Positions 1 through 10,334 are shown, counted from the first letter of the stretch. The stretch: DNA of 64,000 bases from Spirochaetia bacterium (GCA_963677925.2 CAXXYH010000004.1:896001-960000), one strand, 5' to 3'. Numbers and translations are program-made. Notes: a model not told the origin generated them from the sequence alone.

Positions 1-1046
1 ATCATAAGTGCTTCCCTGTGTACTCCCCGAATACGTCTGTTTACCGAAAGTGAATACTTTCTTACAAAGTGATGGACCAATAGTCTTATGTCATCCTTCC
101 GTTCGCGTAAAGCAGGTAGGTGTATGCTTACAACGTTTAGACGGTAATACAGGTCCTCACGTAAATCTCCGTCTTCCATCATCTGAAGAAGATCCTTGTT
201 AGTTGCTGAAATTATACGGGTATCGGTTTTTATTGTTTTATTACTGCCTACTCGCTCGAATTCTCTTTCCTGGAGTACTCGAAGTACTTTCGCCTGGGTA
301 TACATGCTCATATCAGCTACTTCGTCCAGAAATATCGTTCCGCCATCTGCCTGCTCAAATCTACCGACTCTTGTCCTGTCAGCACCTGTGAATGCTCCCC
401 TTTCATAACCGAATAGTTCACTTTCAAGCAGGGTTTCAGGCAGCGCAGCGCAGTTTACCTTTACGAAGGGTTTCTTTGACCTGTCACTGTTGTAGTGAAT
501 AGACCCGGCAATCAGTTCTTTTCCGGTTCCTGTCTCTCCTGTAATAATTACACTTGATCTGCTTTTCGCCACTCTGTTCACAATGTGAAATATTTTTTTA
601 ATTTCAGGGCTCTGACCGATGAAGTTGGAAGGCTGATAGTTACTCTGGAATTTACTCTGATTTGATTCAAGTGTCTGTTCCTGGCTTCTTTTTTCGAGCG
701 CTTTTTTTATCTGGAAAACAAGCTCAGGAATGTTAATCGGCTTTCTTAAAATGCCGTAAGCACCCTCTTTTACCGCTCTGACAGCCTCATTTACGCTGTC
801 TATATCAGTATGTACAAGTACAACGGTAGTGGGGTCCTGGTCATGTGCTTCTTTAATGATTTCTTTTACTGAACCGTTCTGAAATTTGACAGTTGATATT
901 ATCAGATCGAAATGATTTGTACTGATTAAATCTATCGCCGTATCAAAATCAAGAGCATATTCTATCTGAGTACCGGCACTTTTCAGGTATCCGGATATAT
1001 CGTTGCAGAGATTCTCGTCCTTATCAATAAATAACAAATTTTGCAT
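1..1046 (-). CDS. Sigma54-dependent enhancer-binding protein (atypical receiver + AAA+), truncated at the window edge
   Basis: Hand translation from ATG 1046 (absent from ORF track): [10 protein letters not shown]...GETGTGKE (Walker A)...[15 protein letters not shown]...FLDEVADM (Walker B)...[10 protein letters not shown]. Confidence 0.93.
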   Translation of the reverse strand, partial: MQNLLFIDKDENLCNDISGYLKSAGTQIEYALDFDTAIDLISTNHFDLIISTVKFQNGSVKEIIKEAHDQDPTTVVLVHTDIDSVNEAVRAVKEGAYGILRKPINIPELVFQIKKALEKRSQEQTLESNQSKFQSNYQPSNFIGQSPEIKKIFHIVNRVAKSRSSVIITGETGTGKELIAGSIHYNSDRSKKPFVKVNCAALPETLLESELFGYERGAFTGADRTRVGRFEQADGGTIFLDEVADMSMYTQAKVLRVLQEREFERVGSNKTIKTDTRIISATNKDLLQMMEDGDLREDLYYRLNVVSIHLPALRERKDDIRLLVHHFVRKYSLSVNRRIRGVHREALM

Positions 1047-1182
1047 ATACTTTCATAAAACAGTACCATTTTTTATATTAGATGTCTATTTAACAATTAC
1101 AGTAATGTAACTGGGCAATTGATGTCCGTAATTCTTTATCATATAATGAATTTACACTGAAGGATTTCTCAGGAGAAAAGTG

Positions 1183-2202
1183 ATGTCCGAGCATTCAAGA
1201 ATACAGAAACTAAAAGAAATCTCATTTTTTGATGAGGTTGCAGAACAGGATCTGAAAGAAATAGCAGCAATAACTGTGGAAAAGAGCTATGACAGCGGTG
1301 AAATAATCATTGAAGAAAACAGCAGGGCAGAAACCTTCTTCATTATCCACAAGGGGAAAATCGAAATTCTTAAGAAATTTGAGGATGGTGAAGAGGTTAT
1401 TCTTGGGATGTACAGCGACGGGGAGTTTTTCGGTGAGATGGCCATCCTTGATGAGGGACCCCGGTCAGCTACCGCTAGAGCTGTTGATTCAACTACAGTG
1501 ATGGAAGTTTCTTATAAAGATTTTGAGAAAGTCCTGGGTGTTGTTCCGCAGATAGCTTATTCAATAATGAAAGAGCTTAGTACCCGTTTGCGGCAGACAG
1601 GAGCCCTGCTTGTCTGGGAGCTGAAACGTAAAAACCGGGAACTTGCTGAGGCTTCATATAAAACCGTTAAATCAGTTATGAATGTGATCGAGGAAAGAAC
1701 CCCGTACATGACAGGACATGCAGAGTCTGTTGCTGCACTGGCCAGGACAATCGGAAAGAATCTTGGTCTTGATGATGAGGAGCTTTATCAGATGCAGATT
1801 GGATGCCTTCTTCATGATGTTGGTATGATTGGAGTTGGAGAAAGCATTCTTTTGGATAAGAATACCGTAGATTCTGATTCTTTTGAACAGATACAGCAGC
1901 ATGTAATTCATGGAAAACAGATGATAGAAAATATCGAATATCTCAAGCCGATGATTCCACATGTGCTGTATCATCATGAAAGATATGACGGTTCTGGGTA
2001 TCCTGAAGGTTTGAAAGGCGATTCCATCCCTTTCTCTGCTAGGATTATTGCAGTTGCTGATGTTTTTTCTGCGCTTATAAGTGACAGGCCGCATAGAAGC
2101 AGGATATCAGAGAAGGATGCTGCCACATTTATAAAAGAATCTGCCGGAATTATGTTTGATCCGGTTATTGTAAAATCATTTCTTCAAACTCTTAAAACTT
2201 GA
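1183..2202 (+). CDS. cNMP-binding domain + HD-GYP phosphodiesterase-family protein
   Basis: GEFFGEMAILDEGPRSATA (cNMP pocket); LLHDVG and HHERYDGSGYP (HD-GYP). Confidence 0.9.
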   Translation: MSEHSRIQKLKEISFFDEVAEQDLKEIAAITVEKSYDSGEIIIEENSRAETFFIIHKGKIEILKKFEDGEEVILGMYSDGEFFGEMAILDEGPRSATARAVDSTTVMEVSYKDFEKVLGVVPQIAYSIMKELSTRLRQTGALLVWELKRKNRELAEASYKTVKSVMNVIEERTPYMTGHAESVAALARTIGKNLGLDDEELYQMQIGCLLHDVGMIGVGESILLDKNTVDSDSFEQIQQHVIHGKQMIENIEYLKPMIPHVLYHHERYDGSGYPEGLKGDSIPFSARIIAVADVFSALISDRPHRSRISEKDAATFIKESAGIMFDPVIVKSFLQTLKT

Positions 2203-2342
2203 ATTACAACATTGAAACTTGAATACAGATCTGTATAGAGAATTTCAGGAATTAAATCGTAATATTCATATCATGCATTCTTGATTTTTGTTAAGTCATT
2301 ATTATGTATATATTTATCCTCCTTAGTTGTGATGTTGGGGTT

Positions 2343-2358
2343 TGGCATGCTTATTGCT
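2343..2358 (+). promoter_or_regulatory. Sigma54 (-24/-12) promoter
   Basis: TGGCATG-CTTA-TTGCT versus consensus TGGCACG-N4-TTGCW, exact GG/GC spacing; GGAGG RBS and ATG 2392 follow. Confidence 0.75.
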
Positions 2359-2391
2359 GATATACCCAGATATCCTTTTTTGGAGGGGAAT

Positions 2392-3366
2392 ATGAATAAT
2401 TATACTGCAAAGATAAAAAGTTTACTGGTCATAACAGTTTTAATAATTATAGTTTCGTCATGTCAGAATCCTTTGTTCTCGTTGCTTGGGGGGAAGGGGT
2501 CTCTGAATATAACTATATATTCAAGTGAATCTTCTATTTCAAGAAGTCTTGATGTGATATCCTACAAATTCTATGGAAGCGGCCCTGATGATGAAACTTT
2601 CTATAAAGAGTCTGAATCTAAAAGTATAACTGTTGACAATCTTGTTACAGGTGACTGGACTATAGAGGTCGAGGGCTATACAGCCGATGAGTCTTTAGTT
2701 TTATATGGGGAGACAAGTATATATGTTATTACCGATGAGGATAATGAGCTTGAGTTAACATTGAATGCAGTCAGCGGTGAAGGTTCGCTGTTAATTAGTG
2801 TTAATTGGGCAGCTGAGTACACTGTTGACCCTTCAGTAAGCGCTGTTATAAAAGATAAGGATGGTAATGAAACAGACATCAGTATAGATTGTACTGATGG
2901 AGTAGCTGAAACGAGTGTAGATAACCTTAGTTCAGGATATTATACGGTTTCGTTGCGATTGTATGACTCTGCGGAAGTTGTAACAGGTGGCACCTGGACA
3001 GTAAGAGTATTGAAGGCATGTACCTCTATAGTTGAAGCAGATTTTGTAAACTTAAATAAAGTTGGTGAATGCATAAGTATAATATCAGAAGATTTTACGA
3101 TTGGATGGGATTGTGATGATGCCGGTGGAAATGATTACTTCAATGTCTATTTTCGCAACCGTGGAACTTCTGCCTGGATACTATTAGAACAGATTGAAGC
3201 TGTAAGTTCACCACAAATTCAGGTAACAACATCAAAATTGTCCTATGGCGTGTATGAGTTTGCTGTAAGTTCAATATTAGACGAAGAAGAATCAGGATTA
3301 CACACTTCAATGGATGATGATGCTGATCCTGAAAGTGGTTGGTATATAGATTGGCAGGCGCCATAA
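2392..3366 (+). CDS. Lipoprotein, acidic and beta-rich (Ig/Fn3-like domains likely)
   Basis: RBS GGAGG; signal peptide with lipobox IIVSS-C; Fn3-like C-terminal segment. Confidence 0.7.
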   Translation: MNNYTAKIKSLLVITVLIIIVSSCQNPLFSLLGGKGSLNITIYSSESSISRSLDVISYKFYGSGPDDETFYKESESKSITVDNLVTGDWTIEVEGYTADESLVLYGETSIYVITDEDNELELTLNAVSGEGSLLISVNWAAEYTVDPSVSAVIKDKDGNETDISIDCTDGVAETSVDNLSSGYYTVSLRLYDSAEVVTGGTWTVRVLKACTSIVEADFVNLNKVGECISIISEDFTIGWDCDDAGGNDYFNVYFRNRGTSAWILLEQIEAVSSPQIQVTTSKLSYGVYEFAVSSILDEEESGLHTSMDDDADPESGWYIDWQAP

Positions 3367-3525
3367 AAATTTATTAAAAAATTATGGAATTACCAAAAAA
3401 ATATTAGAAAAAGTACTGATGTATATCGGTAAAATACTACTTTATTTGTATTTTTATATTGATTTAGATGGGATATGGTATATAACGGAGAGAAACTAAA
3501 ATCAGTAAAATTTTAAGGAAGTTTC

Positions 3526-4671
3526 ATGAAAAAATACCTGTCTGCATTTTTTGTAATTCTTGTAATTTTTTTATATACAGGGTGCCCGACTGATTCTAAT
3601 ACTATCATTAGTTATGATCCTGACCCTGTTGATGATATAACTTTACTGGAAGATCCTGAAGAGGTTTTATATGTTGTTGTTAATATTGATGGAACCATTT
3701 ATGGTTTCAGTACTGACAGTGATCCGACTGTAACTAGTTCTTATGAAATGCTCGCAACAGATTCGAGCACTGAAGAAAAATATGCTAACATTCGTATTTC
3801 AGATGATTTAAAGTATTTATTATATGCAAGGGTGAATGGTGACCAGATAGATTTGGTTCTTAGAGATATTGAAATGGATGACGATGTGTTTGTAGCTCCT
3901 GATGTTGCAAGTAATGAATCGGAATTTATTGATAACAACACCATCTTCTATACCGACGATGGATATCTTTATATTTATAATGTGGGAGATTCTAGTAGAA
4001 CACTAATAATACCTCACCAGGTTAATAGATGTAACCATTGGGCCCAGATATCACCAAGTCTTGATAAAATGGTTTATAAAGATCAGGATCCATATCAGAG
4101 TAAATTAGCAATTCATTCATATACCGAAATAGATTTGGAGAATATCCCTGTAGGTGGATTTACCGATGTGAATGATATAATTTCGTACGATGGAATAACA
4201 TCGGAGGTTTCGGTTAATCTATATGATCCTTTTTATTATTCCTGGCGAAACAATGACAGCGTAATTTTTAAGAATAAACCTGGAAATACGAGTATCCTTT
4301 TTGAGAAAAATATCACTACAAGAACAGAAATGTCTTATGCATCAATCGAAATAGATTCGAATGAAGCTCTTTTCAGTAAAGTACTGGTATCTCCAGATAA
4401 ATCTACTCTTCTGTTATACGGGCATTATGGTGTTTATCTTATAGATTTAGAAGAAAATGAAAAAATGACCGGTACTATAGAACCTGTTGAATTATATACC
4501 TCTCTATCGTACAGCACAGAATATGCTTCCTTTGGTACTCAATCGGGCAGTTTTGTTTTAGGTACTGATAACTGGATTGGAATTTATAATACAGCTGAAG
4601 CATCTAAAACAAATATCTCGGTTAGTGATATTTGGGAACTTGGAACACTGTATGCTGTATATTGTCGGTGA
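3526..4671 (+). CDS. Lipoprotein, possible beta-propeller (TolB/WD40-like)
   Basis: Lipobox LYTG-C; repeated ISDDLKY / ISPSLDKM / VSPDKSTL blade-like motifs. Confidence 0.6.
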   Translation: MKKYLSAFFVILVIFLYTGCPTDSNTIISYDPDPVDDITLLEDPEEVLYVVVNIDGTIYGFSTDSDPTVTSSYEMLATDSSTEEKYANIRISDDLKYLLYARVNGDQIDLVLRDIEMDDDVFVAPDVASNESEFIDNNTIFYTDDGYLYIYNVGDSSRTLIIPHQVNRCNHWAQISPSLDKMVYKDQDPYQSKLAIHSYTEIDLENIPVGGFTDVNDIISYDGITSEVSVNLYDPFYYSWRNNDSVIFKNKPGNTSILFEKNITTRTEMSYASIEIDSNEALFSKVLVSPDKSTLLLYGHYGVYLIDLEENEKMTGTIEPVELYTSLSYSTEYASFGTQSGSFVLGTDNWIGIYNTAEASKTNISVSDIWELGTLYAVYCR

Positions 4672-4736
4672 CTTTATATATTGACGACTTTAATATAAAA
4701 AAGTAATCTTATTTAATTAAAATTTCAGGACTATAA

Positions 4737-5450
4737 ATGAATTTTGTTCAAAAGTTTATTCTTTCACTGATAATATTTCTTCTTCCGGGTTCGCTTTTTT
4801 CCCAAAGCCGTTTTTTAGAGGAAGGTGTGGCTGGCACTGGTTTTATTATAAACACAGAAATTGATTATTCAATTGCTGAATCTACAACTTCTTTCGCTTC
4901 AATTGGTGCTTCCACGGCATATTCTATAGGCGGAATTATGGACATTGGTTTTGTTATCAATCGTGAAACAGGAATTATTAACGGTATTGAAAGTATAAAC
5001 TGGAATCTTGACCTGCTTTATAATCTGATAGCTATCAAGCAGAATGAAGTCAATCCGATCAATGTTCAGCTTGAAGTAGCTTATGGTTATACTAACTACA
5101 ATTCTGAATATCTTGATATTCATGATTATACTAAAACCAGCCAGGGCTATGAATTGGGTATCTCATTGTTTCATGAGTTTCTGCAGGAACAAATTTTTAG
5201 TTTTATATTAGGTGGTGAAGTAAAATATTCAAATTTTAATCATATCACCTATGAAAGCGGTGATCCGCTAACAGCCGTTGTAGAAAGTTATGTACACGAA
5301 GAGAATTTATACTATGGTGGTTTTGCTTTCTTGTCCTTTAAACCTGATTCAGGACCTCTCCTTTCTGTGGGTGCAGCTGCTATGTTTAATTTTAATGAAA
5401 ACTTGATGGAAATGACACCTTCTGTTATATTTATACTACCTTCTTATTAA
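4737..5450 (+). CDS. Exported protein, possible outer-membrane beta-barrel
   Basis: Signal peptide (SLFS-Q); alternating amphipathic strands rich in Y/F/G. Confidence 0.5.
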   Translation: MNFVQKFILSLIIFLLPGSLFSQSRFLEEGVAGTGFIINTEIDYSIAESTTSFASIGASTAYSIGGIMDIGFVINRETGIINGIESINWNLDLLYNLIAIKQNEVNPINVQLEVAYGYTNYNSEYLDIHDYTKTSQGYELGISLFHEFLQEQIFSFILGGEVKYSNFNHITYESGDPLTAVVESYVHEENLYYGGFAFLSFKPDSGPLLSVGAAAMFNFNENLMEMTPSVIFILPSY

Positions 5451-5461
5451 GTAGTATAAAT

Positions 5462-5641
5462 ATGAAAATTAATAAAAAAAAAGTAAAAACTATCGGTGAT
5501 TTAATATATCTTCTTTTTGGTGCTTTATTTTTATTTATTGTTTTAATTATTGTTGTAGGACTCATTTTGTATTTTATTAAGTCATTTTTGGGAATTAATC
5601 TTTTTCCCAAACATCTTTGGGAATACGTTAATCCACTATAG
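5462..5641 (+). CDS. Small membrane protein (59 aa)
   Basis: Hand translation MKINKKKVKTIGDLIYLLFGALFLFIVLIIVVGLILYFIKSFLGINLFPKHLWEYVNPL*; basic N-terminus plus long hydrophobic segment. Confidence 0.45.
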   Translation: MKINKKKVKTIGDLIYLLFGALFLFIVLIIVVGLILYFIKSFLGINLFPKHLWEYVNPL

Positions 5642-5694
5642 ATTCATTTTAACTTCTATACATAATAAAAATCTTGTGCATAATATATGACACT

Positions 5695-6084
5695 ATGCAG
5701 GAAATCTTGAAAAAAATTCTTCTCCTCGGTATTGGCGGCTTTTTAGGCAGTAATGGCCGCTACTGGATATCAAGGCTTATGATACATCTAACCGGCTGGG
5801 GATATCCTCTTGGAACTCTGGTTGTTAATGCTGCAGGAAGCTTTATTCTGGGTTTTATTGCAGGTATTCCGTTAAGCAGCAAGGGTATTTCGCTCGAACT
5901 GCGTCTTTTAATAGGAACGGGCTTTTTAGGAGCCTTGACTACTTTTTCCACCTTCTCGGTGGAAACTGTTGAGATGTTTCAAAAAGGAAGCCCGGCAACA
6001 GCTTTACTGAATACCGGGCTTAATATCGGATTGGGATTTTTATTCGCCTTTATTGGATTATATCTATCCAAGCGCTACGTCTAG
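5695..6084 (+). CDS. crcB: Fluoride channel Fluc/CrcB
   Basis: [18 protein letters not shown] and [12 protein letters not shown] signatures. Confidence 0.93.
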   Translation: MQEILKKILLLGIGGFLGSNGRYWISRLMIHLTGWGYPLGTLVVNAAGSFILGFIAGIPLSSKGISLELRLLIGTGFLGALTTFSTFSVETVEMFQKGSPATALLNTGLNIGLGFLFAFIGLYLSKRYV

Positions 6085-6873
6085 CAGCATCATTACAGTA
6101 AAACCAAGCATGGTTCCTATCGTCGCAACATCTGAATGGGTTCCCTGCTGGGATTCCGGTATTAATTCTTCAATTACTACATAAATCATTGCTCCCGCTG
6201 CAAATGCAAGTGCATACGGCAGGATTGGCTGCATCCTTACTACTGCAAATGCGCCAAGAACACCGGCAATAGGTTCAACAATACCTGAGGCCTGTCCATA
6301 TGCAAAGGCTTTTCGTCTGCTAATCCCCTCGCGTCTAAGCGGAATCGATACTGCGGCACCTTCAGGAAAGTTCTGAATGCCTATACCTATTGCAAGGGCT
6401 ATTGCTCCGCCTATCGCTGCTGAAGGCAGTCCTGCCGCCACTGCGCCGAATGCTACGCCTACAGCAAGCCCTTCGGGGAAGTTGTGGATTGTAATCGCCA
6501 GCACAAGCAGAACACTTCTCTGCCAGCTAGTTTTTACACCCTCAGCTTTATCAACCTTGAATCCGGCATGAAGATGGGGCAGCAGTTTATCTACTAGAAA
6601 GAGAAATCCGCCTCCGGCTAAGAACCCTATAACTGCCGGCATCCATTTATTACCGCCGCTGTTTTCAGACATCTCAATTGCCGGAGCCAGCAGTGACCAG
6701 TAACTTGCAGCAATCATCACGCCGGCAGCAAATCCTAACATCGCATCTAAAATATTTTTCTTAATCTCTTTAAAAAAGAAGACCAGCGCTGAACCTGCAG
6801 CTGTGACAGCATAGGTAAAAAGAGTCGCAAGCAGGGCCTGAACAACATAATTCTGATTCAAAAACCAATTCAT
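6064..6873 (-). CDS. ZIP-family metal transporter (GufA/ZupT-like)
   Basis: [10 protein letters not shown] and [10 protein letters not shown] motifs; LPHLH loop. Confidence 0.92.
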   Translation of the reverse strand: MNWFLNQNYVVQALLATLFTYAVTAAGSALVFFFKEIKKNILDAMLGFAAGVMIAASYWSLLAPAIEMSENSGGNKWMPAVIGFLAGGGFLFLVDKLLPHLHAGFKVDKAEGVKTSWQRSVLLVLAITIHNFPEGLAVGVAFGAVAAGLPSAAIGGAIALAIGIGIQNFPEGAAVSIPLRREGISRRKAFAYGQASGIVEPIAGVLGAFAVVRMQPILPYALAFAAGAMIYVVIEELIPESQQGTHSDVATIGTMLGFTVMMLLDVALG

Positions 6874-6891
6874 AGTCAAATACCTCTGTTT

Positions 6892-6930
6892 TTAACACTA
6901 TTCTAACTTTATTTTAACAAACGGGTCACA
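6892..6930 (+). promoter_or_regulatory. Pho-box-like array of four direct repeats
   Basis: TTAACA (6892), CTAACT (6903), TTAACA (6914), GTCACA (6925) at exact 11-bp period upstream of pstS. Confidence 0.7.
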
Positions 6931-6979
6931 GTTAGATATGAATATACACTCAGTAATAATAATCCAAAAGGAGAGAAAA

Positions 6980-7831
6980 ATGAAGAAGATAAATAGATTA
7001 GTACTTCTTTTACTCGCAGCATCTTTTGTAGCTGCAGGTTTAGCATTCGCAGGCGGAGCTCAGGAAAGCTCAGATCCTGTCAGTTACTCAATGGGCGGAT
7101 CAACAACAGTTGAACCAATTGTAAGAAGTGCGATTGAAGCTTACGAAGCAATTCACAGCGATGTAAGACTTTCATACGAAGCACAGGGTTCATCAGTTGG
7201 TGTTCAGGGCGTTCTTGACGGAGTATATGTACTTGGCGGAGCTTCAAGAGAGCTTAAGTTAAAAGAATCAGATGCAGGTGCAGTTGCTACACCAATCGCA
7301 CTTGACGGTATAGCAGTTGTTGCTAACAACAATGTAGTCATTGACAGCCTTTCAAGAGCTGATATTGCAGGTATCTATACTGGTGCAATAATAAACTGGA
7401 AAGAGGTTGGCGGAGCTGATAAGCCAATTGTTGTAATCAACAGAGATGAAGCTTCAGGTACAAGAGTTGCTTTCTTCGAGCTTACTATCGAAAAAGAAGT
7501 AGGAAAAGAAGGCAAGTTCCTTAAAGATGCTATCACAGTTGAATCAAACGGCGACATGGTAACCAAGGTTGGTTCTACACCTGATTCAATTGGTTTCTGC
7601 GGATTCGGTTATGTTGATAAAGCTATCAGCTCAGGTGCAAAAACAATCCTTGTAGACGGTGTTGAAGCTTCTGTAGACAACGTCCTTGACGGTTCTTACT
7701 CTGTATCAAGAAAGCTCAATGTTGTAACAATGGGTGCTGCTGAAGGTTTTGCAAAAGATTTCATCGCCTTCCTTCTTGGTGACGAGGGTCAGACTATCGT
7801 TGAAGATGAGGGATTCATCGCTCTTCCATAA
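6980..7831 (+). CDS. pstS: Phosphate ABC transporter substrate-binding protein
   Basis: GGSTTVEP, QGSSVG, ASREL, RDEASGTR motifs. Confidence 0.9.
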   Translation: MKKINRLVLLLLAASFVAAGLAFAGGAQESSDPVSYSMGGSTTVEPIVRSAIEAYEAIHSDVRLSYEAQGSSVGVQGVLDGVYVLGGASRELKLKESDAGAVATPIALDGIAVVANNNVVIDSLSRADIAGIYTGAIINWKEVGGADKPIVVINRDEASGTRVAFFELTIEKEVGKEGKFLKDAITVESNGDMVTKVGSTPDSIGFCGFGYVDKAISSGAKTILVDGVEASVDNVLDGSYSVSRKLNVVTMGAAEGFAKDFIAFLLGDEGQTIVEDEGFIALP

Positions 7832-7858
7832 TCATAAAGATCTTTTTAAATGATATAG

Positions 7859-7885
7859 GCCTGCTCGTTTGAGCAGGCTTTTTTT
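7859..7885 (+). terminator. Intrinsic terminator after pstS
   Basis: GCCTGCTC-GTTT-GAGCAGGC followed by T7. Confidence 0.85.
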
Positions 7886-8002
7886 GATATTTATTACTAT
7901 TTTGATAAAAATATGGAAAAATTAGTAAATTTGGAATATCTATCTATTAGCGTATAATTGTGATTCTTTTATATAGCATATTTGAGTTTAAAGGATCTTG
8001 TA

Positions 8003-8965
8003 ATGAAGGTAACTATAATAGGAGCAGGTCGAGTTGGCACTAACGCTGCATACGCTTTGCAGATAGCAAATATCGTGTCGGAAATACAATTACTTGATGT
8101 GAATAAAGAGCTTGCAGAGGGTGAAGCTTTAGATTTTATGCACGGGGCATCTGTACTGGGTGAACAAAGGTTTTATGCCGGAGATTATGATAGGGCAGCA
8201 GATTCAGATATCTTTGTCATCACGGCAGGCGCAAGAAGAAATCCTCATGAGTCCAGGTTGGATCTAATAAACAATAACCTTAATTTAATGAATAGAATCA
8301 TGGATCAAATAATTATGTCAGGTTATAAGGACTCTGCGGTTTTTTTAATTGTTGCTAATCCTGTTGATATTCTGACTTATTCTGTTCATGAAACTTTAAA
8401 TATTAAAGATGGAAGAGTCTTAGGGCTTGGAACTATGCTAGATACAACTAGATTCAGGGGACTGATAGGTTCTGAAATTAATTTACCTAGCTCACAGATA
8501 AAGGCTTTAATTCTGGGAGAGCACGGTGATTCAATGGTGCCGGTTTGGAGCAGTTCAAGTATTAACGGTTTAAGGCTGAGTAGTTTTCCAGTAGTTACAT
8601 CGGAACTGCAGGAGAGTATCTATGCTCATACTAAACAAAGTGGGGCTGAGGTAATTAGTAAGAAGGGTGGAGCTGGATGGGCTGTGGGCGCGGTAATTTC
8701 TGAGGTTGTTCATTCGATTGCTCTTGATCAAAAGAAGCTTCTTCCTGTTAGCAGTGTGCTGAATGGTTGTTACGGTATCTACGATGTGTCGCTCAGTGTC
8801 CCAACCATTGTAGGATCGGGCGGAGCAGAACAGCATATAGAGGTTGAGCTTGACGATGATGAGTATGATAAATTACAAGAGTCTGGAGCAATTTTAAAAA
8901 GCATCATTTGTGATATTGAAGTATTAAAAAAGGAATTTTCGAGTTCATATTCTGGTTGCAGATGA
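8003..8965 (+). CDS. L-lactate/malate dehydrogenase family (LDH-like scaffold, Arg at the specificity position)
   Basis: GAGRVG, TAGARRNPHESRLDL, VANPVD, LDTTR, LGEHGDS. Confidence 0.88.
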   Translation: MKVTIIGAGRVGTNAAYALQIANIVSEIQLLDVNKELAEGEALDFMHGASVLGEQRFYAGDYDRAADSDIFVITAGARRNPHESRLDLINNNLNLMNRIMDQIIMSGYKDSAVFLIVANPVDILTYSVHETLNIKDGRVLGLGTMLDTTRFRGLIGSEINLPSSQIKALILGEHGDSMVPVWSSSSINGLRLSSFPVVTSELQESIYAHTKQSGAEVISKKGGAGWAVGAVISEVVHSIALDQKKLLPVSSVLNGCYGIYDVSLSVPTIVGSGGAEQHIEVELDDDEYDKLQESGAILKSIICDIEVLKKEFSSSYSGCR

Positions 8966-9056
8966 TTGAGTAATGATTATGCTTTTGAAACATATGTTAT
9001 TCAAACATTAAAGATTTGGCTGGCTTAATGAAACTTTGTTATGATATACTCCACTC

Positions 9057-10334
9057 ATGAATAAAAAAGCATCCGTACCTGACTTTCACATTAAGATAGA
9101 TGACAACCTAAAATATTCCCTGATTTTCGATCAGATTGAATTCAATAATATCGATTTCTATAAATCAGGTGCACACCTTGGGCAGTTTGCTGCATATTCT
9201 GAGGTTGATAATAATGCCTTTGAAGCTGTACGTGACCCGCTCGGTATAAACAAGCTCTTTTATACTGAAACAGAGTCCGGTAAGATTGACTTTGCTTCAG
9301 AGTTTACCGATTTGTTTATTCATAAAACACCAATCTTTTCAGTTCCGGCTGGTAAACTTGTTAGAATAGGGAAGGGTGGTGTGCGGGAAACGGTTCATTC
9401 ACTTAACATTTCCGAGACGGCTAACTCTGATTTTAACATTGCTGCTTTTAAATCTGCCTTTACTAAAAGACTGGAATCTGTTTTTACAACCATTAAATCT
9501 CTCGAAGACTCAGGATGGACTGTCTTTGTTGCCCTTTCCGGAGGTTTGGACAGTACTATTATTGCATCCAATGCATCAAGATTTTTATCAAATCCTATAG
9601 CCTGTACTCTGGACCTGGGGAAATCCGAAGATTCCGAAAAATCCATTAAAATAGCTTCATACATCGGAATTAAGCATATGACTTTTAAAACAAGCGAGGC
9701 CCAGATTCTTGAAGCACTTAAGGAGGCTCCATGGCTGTGCCAGGATTTCAGGGATTTTAATGTTCATTGTGCGGCTTTAAATATCCTGCTTGCAAAAAAT
9801 ATCAGAGAATATGCTGATAATATTCCTGAGATCGATAAGGATAAAATGATCATCCTGACCGGGGATTTGATGAATGAGTTCACCTGTGATTATGCCGGGG
9901 AAGTCATTGATGACGTTGAATACTATAAACTCCCCAGAATAGGCAAGAAAGAGCTTCAGCGCTACCTTGTAGGCGGTCTGGATACTTCAGACAGGGAGCT
10001 CTCACCATTCCGTTATTATGGTCTGAAATGCATACAGCCATATGCTGCGGTTTATGATTTGTATAATTCCGTTCCCGAGGATATCCTTACAGCTGAAGAC
10101 CCCAAGAAGCTGCTTAACTCATTTCTTGTTGATGAGACAATTTTGAGTTTTATTCCCAAGGTTAAGCTCAGAGCTCAGGTTGGCAGCCGTGAGAATATGG
10201 GGATACTCGGCCTCTGCCACAAGATGGGATTTAACGACAAAACTTACAAAGGTGATCTTATTGAAAGAGCTGGAAAAGGCGATGGGCAGATTCCTATCTT
10301 TGTCGGTCGCTACGATGTTGAAAGATTCAGTTAA
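9057..10334 (+). CDS. Asparagine-synthetase-like ATP-pyrophosphatase lacking the Cys1 glutaminase N-terminus
   Basis: RDPLGINKLFY and PP-loop LSGGLDS; no N-terminal MCG. Confidence 0.75.
   Translation: MNKKASVPDFHIKIDDNLKYSLIFDQIEFNNIDFYKSGAHLGQFAAYSEVDNNAFEAVRDPLGINKLFYTETESGKIDFASEFTDLFIHKTPIFSVPAGKLVRIGKGGVRETVHSLNISETANSDFNIAAFKSAFTKRLESVFTTIKSLEDSGWTVFVALSGGLDSTIIASNASRFLSNPIACTLDLGKSEDSEKSIKIASYIGIKHMTFKTSEAQILEALKEAPWLCQDFRDFNVHCAALNILLAKNIREYADNIPEIDKDKMIILTGDLMNEFTCDYAGEVIDDVEYYKLPRIGKKELQRYLVGGLDTSDRELSPFRYYGLKCIQPYAAVYDLYNSVPEDILTAEDPKKLLNSFLVDETILSFIPKVKLRAQVGSRENMGILGLCHKMGFNDKTYKGDLIERAGKGDGQIPIFVGRYDVERFS

Noticed and set aside
8-408. Short + strand ORFs here, and the many 60-240 aa ORFs overlapping long genes throughout the track
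   Set aside because: They are antisense or off-frame shadows of well-supported genes and carry no recognisable motifs.
5640-5695. Fluoride riboswitch upstream of crcB
   Set aside because: The spacer is short and AT-rich and lacks the GGxGATGG...CTRATGA consensus.
9057-10334. Lasso-peptide cyclase
   Set aside because: No precursor, RRE or B2 protease gene nearby.
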